A stretch of 64,000 bases of DNA, from the NCBI GenBank assembly GCA_964016885.1, contig OZ024742.1, forward strand, positions 109,306,001-109,370,000, written 5' to 3'. This document shows positions 13,010 through 27,214 of the stretch, in pieces. Every line of letters begins with the position of its first letter. The first letter of the stretch is position 1. Source of the DNA: Eledone cirrhosa. Its lineage: Eukaryota. The position numbers and the translations under genes were made by a program. Under the pieces are notes generated by a model. The model searched no databases. It was not told where the DNA came from and worked only from the letters and a program-made list of their open reading frames with translations.

Positions 13010-13815
13010 CTCAATAAAGTTTTTGCTGACCTTTCTCACGCAATCAAACCAAGCGATGCGTTTGCGGCTTTGTTAAGTCTTCTCAGTCGCTGCAGTAGTG
13101 ACAAATCACTTCAAATCTATCCCACCAGATAGTGGTGGAGTATGCACATGATGTTGAACAGTTCCGAGGATTGACCGTTCACTCTGACCACAGCGTCCTG
13201 CCTTCCCTCACTCGTGAACACGGCCCCGATATACTTGAACTTATCCACCTGCTTCAGTGGAACTCCATTCACATGCAGAGTGCACTGAAGCAGGCTTCCT
13301 TGGGAGGACGAGTGTCTCAGTTTTCGCAAGATTGATTTTCATTTCAGCCGTGCAGCACTCAGCATCAAAGCTATCGAGAGCAAGTCGAAGATCACCTTCT
13401 GTCTGCAAATTCCAGCCGACTGATTTTCCACCCGCCAGTCGTGATACCACTTCCAACCCGACTGCGTATATCAATCCTGTTCTTGAAAATAAAAAAAAGT
13501 TGAGGTGACATTCGCACCCTTGGCGGAATCCGACTCCCACATTGAATTGTTTCCATTTAGCACCATTTATCCGAACACAAATTCTCGGGCATTCGTTTAA
13601 AGACACCAGGGCAACAAAAAGCCTACCATCGATCCCATATTCCCGCAGAATCTTCCACAGCAGGTCTCGAGGAACGTGGTTATATGCCTTTTCGAGGTAT
13701 GGTTTTTTGCGATTATACGCGAGAAGTTGCTGGATGAATAAGCAACCTCGGAACAACAGCAGTAAACTACCAGTGCAATTGGTGACACCTGTAGTTCCCA
13801 AGAAAACTCTCACAA
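13010..13815 (-). pseudogene. RTE-clade LINE reverse transcriptase fragment
   Basis: LEKAYNHVPRDLLWKILREYGI, GVGFRQGC, MKINLAKTETLV and LKQVDKFKYIG across frameshifted ORFs. Confidence 0.8.
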
Positions 13816-13819
13816 CCCA

Positions 13820-14452
13820 GTGATGTAGCTATGACGAGGAGATTAAAGGCTGCCTCTAAGAAGCCTAGACTTCTCAGGTTTGCGAAAGTGCCAGGCTGGT
13901 GACTGGCGCGAGTACCCCCAAAACTGCACTATGATGAGAGGTCCTTCTCACGGGTTAACAAACGACGCGTTCAGGCCTTAAGTAGTGGAGCCTGTTCGAA
14001 AAATATATTGTAGTCTCCATTTCATGTCTCAAAAACTGGTGATGGGCTTGCAACCTGTCCAGGGAGGCGTAGGAAGGATGCATAAAGATTTCGTTTCCCG
14101 AAACCCTAAAGAGAATTCTGAAGGGAGCAAACCTTGACAGTTGGAAGCTGGAGCATCACAACCCTTACAGGTAACGAGTAGGAACTAGTGGGGGGAAGCT
14201 AGATGCTACCGGCTACATATAGTCGTGGCTTCTTCAACAAAGTTCCGTGGCTCTGGTACTTTAGATTTGGATGGAGGTTAGAAACTCCACTATTCAGGTG
14301 TGGCATCAGAAATGACTGCACAGGCGGAAGTAGGAATACTCACAAGCACCCGGCTGACAGAATGGAGTGGATTCCATTAGACAGGAGGATTTCCCTCTTG
14401 AAGCTTAGGCTGAAAGATAGGTCTCTGTGGATGGTGCAAGTTTATGCGCCTG
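13820..14452 (+). pseudogene. RTE-clade LINE 5' UTR and APE endonuclease N-terminus (opposite strand to the adjacent RT piece)
   Basis: Plus strand translates VGSWSITTLTGNE..(KL)HYSGV..AEVGIL..WIPLDRRISLLKLRL..MVQVYAP, typical of an APE N-terminus. Confidence 0.7.
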
Positions 14453-15541
14453 GGGTTCTCCTCTCTTCAGAGAGATACATCCTCGCGAGGATGGCAGGCT
14501 TGTTGATTGGCTAGCTACTTGAACGATTGATACTTTCTCATTTTTGTTGCTGCTGCTGGTGGCAGCCTTTTTGGTTGTTTTTGTAGTGGTGGTAGTGTTG
14601 GCGGTTAGGGATATTTGCTTAAATCGTAAGTCATGGTTTGCACGTGCGAAATATTTTTGTACCCTTTTGCGTGTGTGGAGAGGGTATTGCCTCCATCTTT
14701 TCTTTTTATTTTGTGAGCGAAGGTGTTTAAAATTTGTAATATTCGGTCCGAAATCCCAAATATTATAGTGTCGATATTTCTAAGGACAATGTATGGCACC
14801 CTATTTACAGTTCATAACAAATATTTTAACAAGGAACGTTATGCAAACAAGTGTACGGAGCAAAAGTATGCGTGACGACTATTGAGAACCAATAATAGTA
14901 ATAACAACAATAATAATAACAATGTTCACGAGGATGATAATGATAATAATCTAATCATCGACGATGTTATTGGAACGAAAGAGGACATGCGATTGTGAAA
15001 TTGATGGAAGACACGATTCTAAAAGTTAGTGGAACGTATCATACTGTACTTTCCTTAGCAGATTTCCTTATATTATTTTTAGATTAATCATACAAACCGA
15101 ACCAGCGCCATTTTCTCTCTCGAAAACAAACTATTTTTTTTTCCTCATTTAATGATAAACCTGTTTGTCTTGTCTTTAATCTCGTCCTAATAAAGCAGCA
15201 GTTGGTGGATCGATTTGTAAAGCAAGCTAGCTCTTGTTTTCTCCCTACGCTGTCGCCGCTATATTCTCTCTCTCTCCCTCTCTCACTCTCTCCCTTCTCC
15301 CACTCTCTCTCTCTAACCCCCTCTCTCTCTCCCTCTCTTTCCCTCTCTCTCTTTCCTCTCTCCCCTCTCTCTGTCCCCCTCTCTTTCCCTCTCTCTCTCC
15401 TCTCGGTCACCCCTCTACCCCTCTCTCCTCTCTCCCTTCTCCCACTCTCTCTCACCCCCTCTCTCTTCCTCTCACCCCTCTCTACCCCCCTTTCTCTCGC
15501 TCCCCCTCTCTCTCGCTCCCTCTCTCGCTCGCCCCCTCTCT

Positions 15542-15585
<44 letters not shown>

Positions 15586-15588
<3 letters not shown>

Positions 15589-16035
15589 GATTTTAAATAA
15601 ATGGAAACTATATTTATAAAACCATATTTATTTTATTATATATATCATTCAAGGGGAACCAAGACAACATTGGTACGTTTTCCTCAGATAAAATACAAAG
15701 TTTGTTTTATAAATAGAGACGTACCAATGAAAATCATACCTTATCGGTTGGAAATTCACTGGATAGTATTTCCAACCGTTAAGGTATGATTTTCATGGGT
15801 ACGTCTCTATTTATAAAACAAATTTTGTATTTTATCTGATGAAAGCGTACCAATGCTGTCTTGGTTGCCCTTGAAATATATATAATAAAATAAATATGGT
15901 TTTATAAATATAGTTTCCATTTATTTAATATCATTGAATATTTACTCCAGTAACTTGTTGAGTGCTCTAAATCAGTTATAAACATTTATGTCTGTCGGGT
16001 CGGACTTCCAACAAATTAAATACAACTTCTACTTA
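15586..16035. mobile_element. Palindromic HHR-bearing element (family P1, second copy)
   Basis: Arms ~15586-15757 and ~15764-15935 are inverted. A tail runs to (TA)n at ~16035 and (TA)n lies on the left. Confidence 0.8.
15828..15892 (+). ncRNA. Type I hammerhead ribozyme
   Basis: UAUUUUAU-CUGAUGA-AAG...CUU-GAAA-UAUAUA-UA-AUAAAAUA: perfect 8-bp stem I. Confidence 0.8.
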
Positions 16036-16069
16036 TATATATATATATATATATTTCTATTTCTATCCC

Positions 16070-16142
<73 letters not shown>

Positions 16143-18322
16143 TTCTCTCTCTCTCTCTCTTTGTAAATGTATCTCTCACTTTCTCCCTCTGTATAAGTAT
16201 CTCTCCGTCTCTCTATCTTTTTGTCTCCCCCTTGTATGCATTGATTGTCTAACTGTCGCTTTGTCTGTGTCTTTATTTTTGCCCCCCCCCCTCACTACTT
16301 TTACTCTGCCTGTTAATCTCACTCTGCCTCCCCTCTCTCTTTCCATACTTCTCTTTCTCTCTCTCTCTCTTTCTCTGTTTGGATATATATATATATATCC
16401 ATCTCTCCATCTATTTCTATCACTATCTCTCTCTCCCATTATGTCTCTCTCTCTCTTTAAGAATGTGTTTCTAACAACCGCACCCTATTTATCGAAATCT
16501 TCGACGCATATCACCAACCTTTAATGATTTACAATGATCCCCCTCCCCATTCTCTATTTCCAAAGACAAAATCTCCTAAATAACTAATCAGAAACCCCGC
16601 GTGAGAAACCAAGCCAGCGTTTTATTATTTCGTAACACAAGTTTAGTCATGCAGAACTTTAAATTTCCAATTGCATTTTTGTTATGCTTGCTTGCACCAG
16701 AAGCTGTTCATCTTAAAAATGACTTGTCAGTTTGAAAGGCAGACGACAACACTACAATCCATGTTTTCGCGTTCATCGTCCATCATATTTCTACTTTATA
16801 TTGCAATCAGTTGTAAATAAACAAACAAACCAGAATAATACTATGAAATGTTGAGAAGGTGAATGTTAGTGCATCCATATTTTTTAATCATTATTTCCGC
16901 CTACAGCAGCGTACGAAACGTCATGAAGATATTTCAGTTGGTATTTGAGAAATGTTCATAATCGCTTTTACATCCCACGGGATGCCAGCCTTCTAGAGAA
17001 GGTGGTCTTTTAGGTCAATTACTTCCCACGGGATATCAGCCAGCTGGGGAAGGGTATATTATCGACTGGTCTTTTAGGTCAATTATCTTCTACGAGAAGC
17101 CAGCTTGCTAGGGAAGGTGTAGTATTATCGCTTCTTCGGTGACAGGGGGCGGGATTTGAAACCAGAATGCATAGAACCGGAACATATAACGTAAAGTGAA
17201 TTACCAGCGCCGTTAAAGCGTCGATATTTGTTCCGGATCTCTGCGCTCTGAGGTCAAACCTCGCCGAAGTTGGCTGTCACTCTCTTGTAATCAATAAATA
17301 AAGTAATAGTTCAGGGACACTCGAATTGCGGTGTTTGTTCCAACTCTGCGTTCTGAGTTAAAATGTCGTCTACTTCTGCCATAGGTTACGCGCGGCAGAT
17401 AGTATCAGCGATGGAAAAACTAATGGAAACGAGTTTCCTTGCTTCGATCTGATCATTAGTTTCTTTTCCTTTTTCAATTCCCAAGTAAAGTTAGTTAATC
17501 TAATTCACTTAAAATAAGATTATGGCTGAAAGATTAAGAATTTGGCTTCAAATCTTGAGTTTCTCGGTTCGAACTAAATAAACCTAAGTCAACTCACTTA
17601 ATATAGTTAGTAGAGGATGTGGGCATGGCTGAGTGGTTAAGACAGTCGATTCGCAAACGTGAGGTCCCGCAGACAAATATATATATATATCGTTCTTGCT
17701 TTCTTCGTATTCCCACTGCATTTTAAGTTACCTTAATTAGCAACTACACAGCCATTTCTATTGTCCATATATTTCATCATGTTTTCGCGGTGACCATTCT
17801 TCTCTCCCTTTCTACCTATCTATTTCGCTACTTTCTACTCTCACCCCTCTTTCTTCCACTCCCTTTCTCCCTATCTACTCTTACTCCACTTTCTTCCTCT
17901 CCCTTTCTCCCTCTCACTTTCACCCCCCTCGCCTGACCCTTTAGCAGTTCTCTTCTCAACTGCGGCGATCAGACGTGTGTCTTTTTCTCTCGACCACACA
18001 GTCTTGAACATAAGTTCTCTTATCGAGTGGTCTTAAATTTCCTTACCTTAAGTTGCTCGCACATTGCTCGGTTTGTTGGGTTTTTTCTCGCTGTTTTTTT
18101 ACTGTTTTCTCTTTTCTTCCCTTTTGCTTCCCTTCCCTCCCTCCTCCGTTTTCCCAATAACTTATCCAGTTATTGACGCCCTGGGGTGATACATCTTGTC
18201 TTAGAAATATCCGAGACCCCAGTAGACAACTGATGAGGAAAACTGTCCCACCCCCGTTCTTGCTTTCTTCGTATTCCCACTGCATTTTAAGTTACCTTAA
18301 ATAGCAACTACACACCCAATTC

Positions 18323-18439
<117 letters not shown>

Positions 18440-18676
18440 ACAACTGGCAGTTGCCAGTCCGGCGGCCACCCGGACTGGCAACTATTAATTTTGGGGCAGC
18501 CTTCTCGTCTTGGGCATCTCTCTGCTTTTCAGCCCCTTTGATTGTGTCTATTATATTCCTTTGTTAAATTCCGGAATTTCTGATGATGTCACAGGATTCA
18601 TACTAAACCCGGTCATTGAAATGTTCATAGTATAATAAACCTTTAAGGAATTACACCACTCCAGCCTCCTGTCATT

Positions 18677-18751
<75 letters not shown>

Positions 18752-18803
18752 CAAGAAAGTAGAGTAACATGGGTGGCTGTACAATAAGGGCTTTATTCAC
18801 AGT

Positions 18804-18910
18804 GCTGACAATTGTTTCGTTGATTGGGTAGGTCTAGAGCTCGCTAATCGTTTGATGTTGCGTCAATCGATCTCCAATACTTTGTTTACAACCAGTCAAT
18901 TCATCAGAGC
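18804..18910 (-). ncRNA. Type I hammerhead ribozyme with long stem II in a PLE 3' pLTR
   Basis: GCU-CUGAUGA-AUUGACUGG...CCAAUCAAC-GAAAC-AAUU-GUC-AGC, about 55 nt from (TA)n and downstream of a GIY-YIG remnant on the same strand. Confidence 0.75.
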
Positions 18911-19959
18911 GTGTGTATGTGAGGATAATACGCAAGGCATGGCTTTTATAGAAGAGTGGTGTTAGACCAGAACAATAACATCAGTAACAAAATGTCTAGA
19001 TACTGAATAATTAAAATAATAACATCAATATAAGTAAGAAATAGAGTATAATGATAAGACAAGCATGGTAAACGAACAGAGATGATACAGATGTATGAAT
19101 TGACATGCGAAATCTACGATAGGGTACATTAGAGGTAGTAGTTGAGGGATTAACTTAGATGAAGAGATAACTAATAAAATGTACTTAGAGTCAGATTTTG
19201 GAATCTACACTTTAAGTACAATTATGAGGGATTTAGATGCAAGTGGGCTGTGGGTCTGAAAGCCTACTAGCAATAAACCGGAGATTGATTTATGGTTTGA
19301 CAGATAAGTATTTTTTTCTGTTGTATCAACTTAGGGAGATTGATGGAGTGAGTGTATAAAGATTTATGGTTCTTTGGTAGCTGGTATTAAGTGAAGTTGT
19401 AGATTCAGTATGTTACGGTTTAGGTGGCTTATTCTAAATGTTGGGATTGCTAGTTCGAATCATGGGGGTTTAGTTTTCGCAACATCAATAACAAATAGCG
19501 TATAATTAAGACAATAACATCAACAATAAAACATACATGGTAAATAGATAGAGAACATGATGAATAAAATTAGGGATAGGGTACATTGCGATGATCATAA
19601 TAATAATAAGAAGAAAATAAGAGTTTCAAAGGAGTGTAAGAGTAATAAGATAATGTACTTAGAATTAAGTTCATCTGTTAGAGGTCATGGGTGCTAATAT
19701 GAGATATGTAGATATAATTGTGTGGTCCGAAAGAATAAACAACAGCAAAGACCAGATTGATTTACGGGCTGACAAGATAATTGGTAGATGTTTGTAGACA
19801 TTCCTGCCCTATCCTGGTGGTATAGATGTAGGGAGGCTGGAAGGTGTTTATAGAAGTTTATGGTTCTGAAGTGGGCTGTGTGGGAATGCGGATTTCATAC
19901 GTTAAAGTCTAAGTGGTTTTCCATTAATTTTGGGGATGCTGGTTTGCATCACGGTGGTT

Positions 19960-20284
19960 TAAATCTCGTAAATTTAGTAGCAATCCTATGTCTGCAGAAA
20001 ATTCACCTTTCTAGTTTGCTGTTAAGTAGCATTTTATCGTACCTTAAGATATGTAGCAATTCAAGGTTGCAGAGCCCGCAATGTGACATACCGCTGCTAT
20101 AGGCCTTTGTGGCCGGTAATTTCGACCAGTTAATATTGTAATCAAGGTTTTTGTCCTTAAGTTGCCAGATTTTATTGGCGAGGGTTGTAGAATTTACCAG
20201 TGCACGGTTCCTCATTGAATTTCTGTGGTCATACCACCTTTTTTTAAAGTGGATCCTATGTAGCGCCAGGTGGAGTTGAACTTT

Positions 20285-20285
<1 letters not shown>
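19960..20285 (-). pseudogene. PLE (Naiad-like) GIY-YIG C-terminal remnant
   Basis: FKKRWYDHRNSM..STTLANKIWQLKD..INWS..AY..CGLCNLE..LLN..CRHR. Confidence 0.8.
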
Positions 20286-21316
<1,031 letters not shown>

Positions 21317-21349
21317 CGTGTGTATGTGTATGTATGTATATATATATAT

Positions 21350-22625
21350 ATATTCAACACTGCCGAAGCAAACCTACCGATCATTGCTCAAAGAAATGAA
21401 TTAAAAGGTTTAATCACAGACTGAACTTTGATTCTTAGTAAAAGACAGCCGAAAAATTTGAAGCAATTACTAACAAAGGCAAAGTTTGACCTTACCAACA
21501 AAGACCAATCATTCACTGTATCTAAATGCAATGATAGTCGATGTATCACATGTCAATCCATACACAACGGTCAATATATGAACACAAAAACTGGAAAAAT
21601 ATTCCCAAATGCAAATATGAACTGCGAAAGCAGAAATCTAATTTACTGCATTAAATGCCCGAATTGTGAAGAACTATATGTCGGTCAAACTGGAAATGCA
21701 CTATCGGAACGTGCATGGGTGCACCGAGAGCAAATCAGAGACCCAAATATCTGTCAGATACCCCTGAGTAACCATCTAGCAATATATGGTCAGAAAATAT
21801 TTATAATATTTCCATTCTACAAACTACACAGCCCAAGTGAAATCAAGAGAAAAATTAAAGAAAAGAAGTTTATTGATAAACTCCAACTCAAGCTAAATAA
21901 ACAATAATAATGCTTAGGGCTATTACTTCTACTATGACTACGCCTACAACCATGTCGACTACCACCACTAACAACAACAACAACAACAATAATAATAAAA
22001 GTGATATTGATGTTGATGATTACTGAAGATTTTTTATAAAAACCCTATGCTATTTTCATCATTTCTAAAAATAGCAAAACAATTGATGCTCTGGATAGGG
22101 TCAAATAGACGTCGTTAGACATGGTCAACCAACAATGACGCCTAAATCAATCAGCTTTAGTAATCTAGTGAAAACACACACTGATTGGTCGAAATACAGT
22201 TTGCAAAACTTAGCATTCTGTAGCCCCTTTTTACTGTATATAAGGCACAGATTTTAGCCATATCATTACAGTTGAAAATTGCAAACTTGACTGTCACCAC
22301 TGAATATTAACCTGAAGATTGCGAAAGCATGACAGTACTTATTCAATTAAGATTTAACATTTAATATTCTACCTTACTATTTCATTATAATATCATTATA
22401 ATTTTACGGACTCAGTTCAAATCCGCCGAGGTTAACTTTGCCTTTCATCCTTACGGAGTTGATAAAATAAAGTACCAGTAATGCACTGGCTAATTGCTGG
22501 CATTGTGCCAAAAGTAGAAACAATTATAATTTTAAACGGATTGTAAATAAAACGAGTAAATCAGACAAAGTTGGAATTCCTTTTATTAATATAATCTTCT
22601 ATACACAATCATACACACCCGTGTA
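21350..22625 (+). mobile_element. 5'-truncated PLE (Neptune-like): GIY-YIG ORF 21428-21907 plus pLTR with decayed HHR and a SINE fragment insertion
   Basis: CNDSRCITC zinc-binding linker and NLIYCIKC..C..LYVGQT..R. HHR at ~22306-22345 has GAAA>GACA. SINE A fragment at ~22410-22530; (TA)n on both flanks. Confidence 0.85.
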
Positions 22626-22839
22626 TATCTATTTATATCTATATATCTATCTCTCTATATATATATTTCGTTTCTGAATTTGTTTAGCAAGATATATATA
22701 TATATATAAATGTAATCTGAGTTTTTGAATATTAATAATAATATTCGATTCGTTTGCAATTATGTAAACAAGCCTTATTTTTAAAGCCATGTCAGTAGAA
22801 TGAGCCCCTCATTCTTACTCTTGTGTTGGCATGTAAACA

Positions 22840-22889
22840 GAACTGCAGACATTAATGTTTCTGGGTATCACCCTTCATCAGTACAGCTC
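22840..22889 (-). ncRNA. Type I hammerhead ribozyme
   Basis: GAGCUGUA-CUGAUGA-AGGG-UGAUA-CCCA-GAAAC-AUUAAU-GUC-UGCAGUUC: 8-bp stem I including G-U pairs, palindromic loop III. Confidence 0.85.
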
Positions 22890-23085
22890 ACTGTTCACCT
22901 TCCAACTGTCAGAGCTAGTGAAAATATATGATATTTTCTAAAATACACACTGACTGATCGGCCTGATCTGTCATATCTGCATATTAGCAGATCCACTGAT
23001 CAGCTAGATTTGCATATCAGCAGACTGGCGAGTCAGTTTCCTGTACATGAGCGATCAATGGCCGGCTTTGTCATATTCATATTCA

Positions 23086-23151
<66 letters not shown>

Positions 23152-23157
<6 letters not shown>

Positions 23158-23776
23158 AAAAAGAGATGAAATCGAAAATGCAACTGAAGTCTTATTTTTT
23201 TTTTAAATATATATATTTATTTGGTTCCTTTACCGGTTTCGCAGTTCTTCTGCTTCTCAAAAGGTGGGTTGAGATGGAGGGTCTGTGGTTTTTCTCACAT
23301 CTGGTTGGTCTCTAAATGTTACTTGTTTTATATGGAAAAAGTGGCTCGAAAGCCAGGTTTTTCGAGAAGTAATTTTATTGGTTTGTCAATAATTATAATA
23401 AATTTCGCGCCAGTTCGCGTTACAATAGTTCTTCAAATAAGAACTATTGTAACGCGAACTGGCGCGAAATTTATTATAATTATTGACAAACCAATAAAAT
23501 TACTTCTCGAAAAACCTGGCTTTCGAGCCACTTTTTCCATATAAAACAAGAAACATTTAGAGACCAACCAGATGTGAGAAAAACCACAGACCCTCCATCT
23601 CAACTCACCTTTTGAAAAGCAGAAGAACTGCGAAACCGGTAAAGGAACCAAATAAATATATATATTTTTTAAAAAAATAAGACTTCAGTTGCATTTTCGA
23701 TTTCATCTCTTTTTCTTTATACTTCCACTCGTGTAGGATACCTCGGTTATTTTTCATTTTGTAAAAAAAACCTCAC

Positions 23777-23782
<6 letters not shown>
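23152..23782. mobile_element. Near-perfect 570-bp palindrome carrying hammerhead-like motifs, between (TA)n tracts
   Basis: Arms 23152-23433 and 23439-23720 around a CAAAT loop. Each arm has CCUU-UUGA(G/A)AA-GCAG-AAGAA-CUGC-GAAAC-CG-GUA-AAGG. Confidence 0.85.
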
Positions 23783-23837
<55 letters not shown>

Positions 23838-24622
23838 ACGCACACGCATACATATGCGTGCTAACACACCACATTCACATTGCAGATAGACGTTAATTTA
23901 ACAAGTAAGCGGTTTCTTTGACCAAACTGAAACACTTACTGGCGAAATGGACTGAGTTCCCATTTACCTGCTGAACACTCTATAGATAAACAATAAACCA
24001 TTGTGTCCAACTGTGTTAATAATACAAACGTCTGTGAAATATTCAGTCGCCTATAAGTTAATCTAACCAGTAAGTTAATATGTTGAGAGAGACAACAGAA
24101 ACACTGATCGTTGAAACAGACGGAGGTCCATTTATCTGCCGAACATGATATCGATAGACTATATACAATTATGTCCAGCTGTGAACACCTTTATTGACAA
24201 TGGATCAACTTATCTAAACCGATTCATTGAGTTTACAAGAGAGAGCGTGAGAGAGCTAGAGTGAGAGAGAGAGAGGCGGGCTGGGTGAGATAGAGAAAGA
24301 GAGAGAGAGAGAGTGAGGAAGTAAGGAAAGATAATAGAACCACCACCGCTAGCTTAGCGAACACTAACCACACATTTCATTGAGAATTGATGAAAAACCA
24401 ATATCGAACATTACTAAGTGAATCTCTGATCATAACAGAGTAAGAGTGAAGAAGTGGCGCAGTAGGCTACAAACTGTCTGAAGTAGTTCATTGATAGATA
24501 GAGAGGTTAAAAGGACTAGATGGGTGATACAAGGGAATTGCATAAGACACATTTCTCTTTTAAAAACAGCACTGGTCTTATGTATGTATGTATGTATGTA
24601 TGTATGTATGTATGTATGTATG

Positions 24623-24653
<31 letters not shown>

Positions 24654-24862
24654 GTAAGTATGTATGTGTGTGTGTGTATGTATGTATGTATGTATGTGTG
24701 TGTATATATGTTATGTATGAGCGTACTTATGTATGTATGTTTGTGTGTGTGTATGTATGTTGTATGTATGTATGTATGTGTATATATATGTATATATGAA
24801 CGTACTTATGTATGTATGTTTGTGTGTATATATGTATGTATGAACGTACTTATGTATGTGTA

Positions 24863-24898
<36 letters not shown>

Positions 24899-25622
24899 TG
24901 TATGTGTATATATATATGTATGTATGTATGTGTATATACATATGTATGTATGAACGTACTTAGGCTTGTATGTGTCTATGTATGTATATTTGTGCGCGTG
25001 TGTATATGTATGAATGTGTGTGTATGAGTGTATATTTGTCTGTATATATATGTGTGCGTAGGTATGTGTGCATGTGTGTGTATATTCATACACACACATT
25101 CTGTATGTATATATGTATATTTATATATACGTGCGTGCTTTTGTGTATGTATGTAAGTATGTATGTATGTGTGTGTGTGTATATATGTTCATACACAAAC
25201 ATCCAATTAGATACACAGACATTGTTGTCAATGATGTGTCTAATCTATTTGCTGTGCTGTCTCATTATATTTTCCCCACGTGACCAAACCATCTGACAGA
25301 AAGTCTTTAGCCAGATAACAATGGAGGACGTAAATGACGAAAGGTCAGAATATCTGCTAAATTTTTCATTTCTACGAGAGACCTTACTGTGTCATTGCAA
25401 TTTCATTGAGCAGGATTCCTTTCAATCTAAATGCAAATATAACAGCAGTAACATCGATTGGATCTGAGACAATATAGTTTTGTGCTAAGAGGCGAATGTA
25501 ATGGACCTCTATCGCATTCGATGAAGAGTATTCCAGTTGTACGCTTAAAAGAACAGCCTTTTCGTGAATGATTAACTTGTGGGAGGTTTGTATTCCGCAA
25601 ACACGCAAACTATAAATGTACA

Positions 25623-25653
<31 letters not shown>

Positions 25654-26703
25654 TTACATACATTCATATATACATACATACATAGATACATACATATATA
25701 CGTACATACATATATACATACATACATATATACATACATATATGCATAGAAGAAGAAGAAGAAGAAGAAGAAGAAGAAGAAGAAGAAGAAGAAGAAGAAG
25801 AAGAAGAAGAAGAAGAAGAAGAAGAAGAAGAAGAAGAAGAAGAAGAAGAAGAAGAAGAGAGTTCGGTCTAAATACCATATGAGACTTTAACACCTTTACC
25901 AATAAAGGGGAAATAATTCACAGAAATCGAACGGTTTGGTTGAGGGGAATTTATAAGAAACATTGTAGTTCCTGTGGATGTGAACTGATATTGGAGATAT
26001 TTGACATTTAACTTTTAATGGAGTCATAGGGACGCCGTTGTTACATACGCTATATCTTTGGCATTTTAAACATTCCTCTCAATGTCTGACTACAGCCGAT
26101 ATCTTCCAAAGCAAGAGAGATAGGGAGAGGGAATGAGAAAGCGAGATAGAGGAAGAATTAACACTAGTACTAGACTGGTGCATTATTTATTGAGCTTGAA
26201 ATGATGAAAGGCAAATTTGACCTCGGCGAGTTTTGAACTCAGAGCGAGAAGCACCTAGACAAATACTACAAATAGTTCTACTCATCGTTGTAATGACTCT
26301 GATATTTCGTCGACATACTGAAGACATTAGTGTCCAGAATTGTAACCGAAAAACTGATGTATTTTAGAAGAATTAAGAAACTCTGTAATCTTCAAAGTTC
26401 ACAGAAGGTTAATAATGGCGTATTCACAGCGTATTCACAGCGATGATAATAATAATTCATCGTAGTTATAGGAGACATCTATAAATGGTGAATATTACTG
26501 GAAATATCCATAGTTTTAGAAATAAAATATTCTTCAATCATAGATCAGACTCAACAAATTGACAGATTTGTGTCGAAATTCCAATAATATTAACAGAGAT
26601 CAAAGTGGGAAAAATTGACAAATTATATTAGAAATTGGCAAATTCTCCGTCACTGTCTGTATACTTTTACTGACTCTTTCTTCCACACTCCCACACACCA
26701 TCC

Positions 26704-26771
<68 letters not shown>

Positions 26772-27214
26772 GTGTATGCGTGTGTGCGTGCCTTTGTGTG
26801 TATGTATATATGCATGTGTGCAAGTATATATGTGTGTGTTTGTGTGTGCATGTGTGTGTATATGCATTTATCTCAAAACAAATTTAACGAGACGCAGTCA
26901 TGGATGAGTTATATAAATGTTCGCTTCATACTCGTGGGGTTTTAGGTTCGATATCATTGTGTGACATCTTGGTTAAGTGTCATTTATTATAACATCTGTC
27001 GAATCAAACCTGTCAGTGAAATTGGATTGGCAGATCTGTTTGGAAGCCCGTCAGATATATTGTACCTGTAATTCATGAGGATTATCACTCCATCGATTCT
27101 GACTCATCACTCCACAACAAAACCATTACAACCTTGCGTCAGTTTCAGCATCTGATCTCTCCGTTGTTGAGTGTACTCCTCAACAAAATATCACTCTCTA
27201 ATGTTTGGTTCACA

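Noticed and set aside
13930-14000. Possible HDV-like ribozyme in the RTE 5' UTR
   Set aside because: Only an L3-like TTCTCAC is visible; P1/P2 pairings and J4/2 could not be assigned.
17618-17672. tRNA-like sequence (also ~17520-17575, ~26895-26955, ~35640-35700)
   Set aside because: These are truncated or decayed SINE heads with A/B boxes and no complete cloverleaf.
20000-20010. In-frame TGA in a Naiad-like GIY-YIG remnant as possible selenocysteine
   Set aside because: The TGA does not align with a conserved Cys (the CGLC and CRH cysteines are normal codons) and the copy is decayed.
23221-23651. Mirrored ORF pairs on opposite strands (also 37203/38747, 37497/38448, 52949/53539)
   Set aside because: By-products of the inverted repeats, with no recognisable protein motifs.
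25384-25612. Possible minus-strand exon ending in a GTAAGG donor
   Set aside because: Its 5' half is a decayed SINE B body and the peptide has no recognisable homology.
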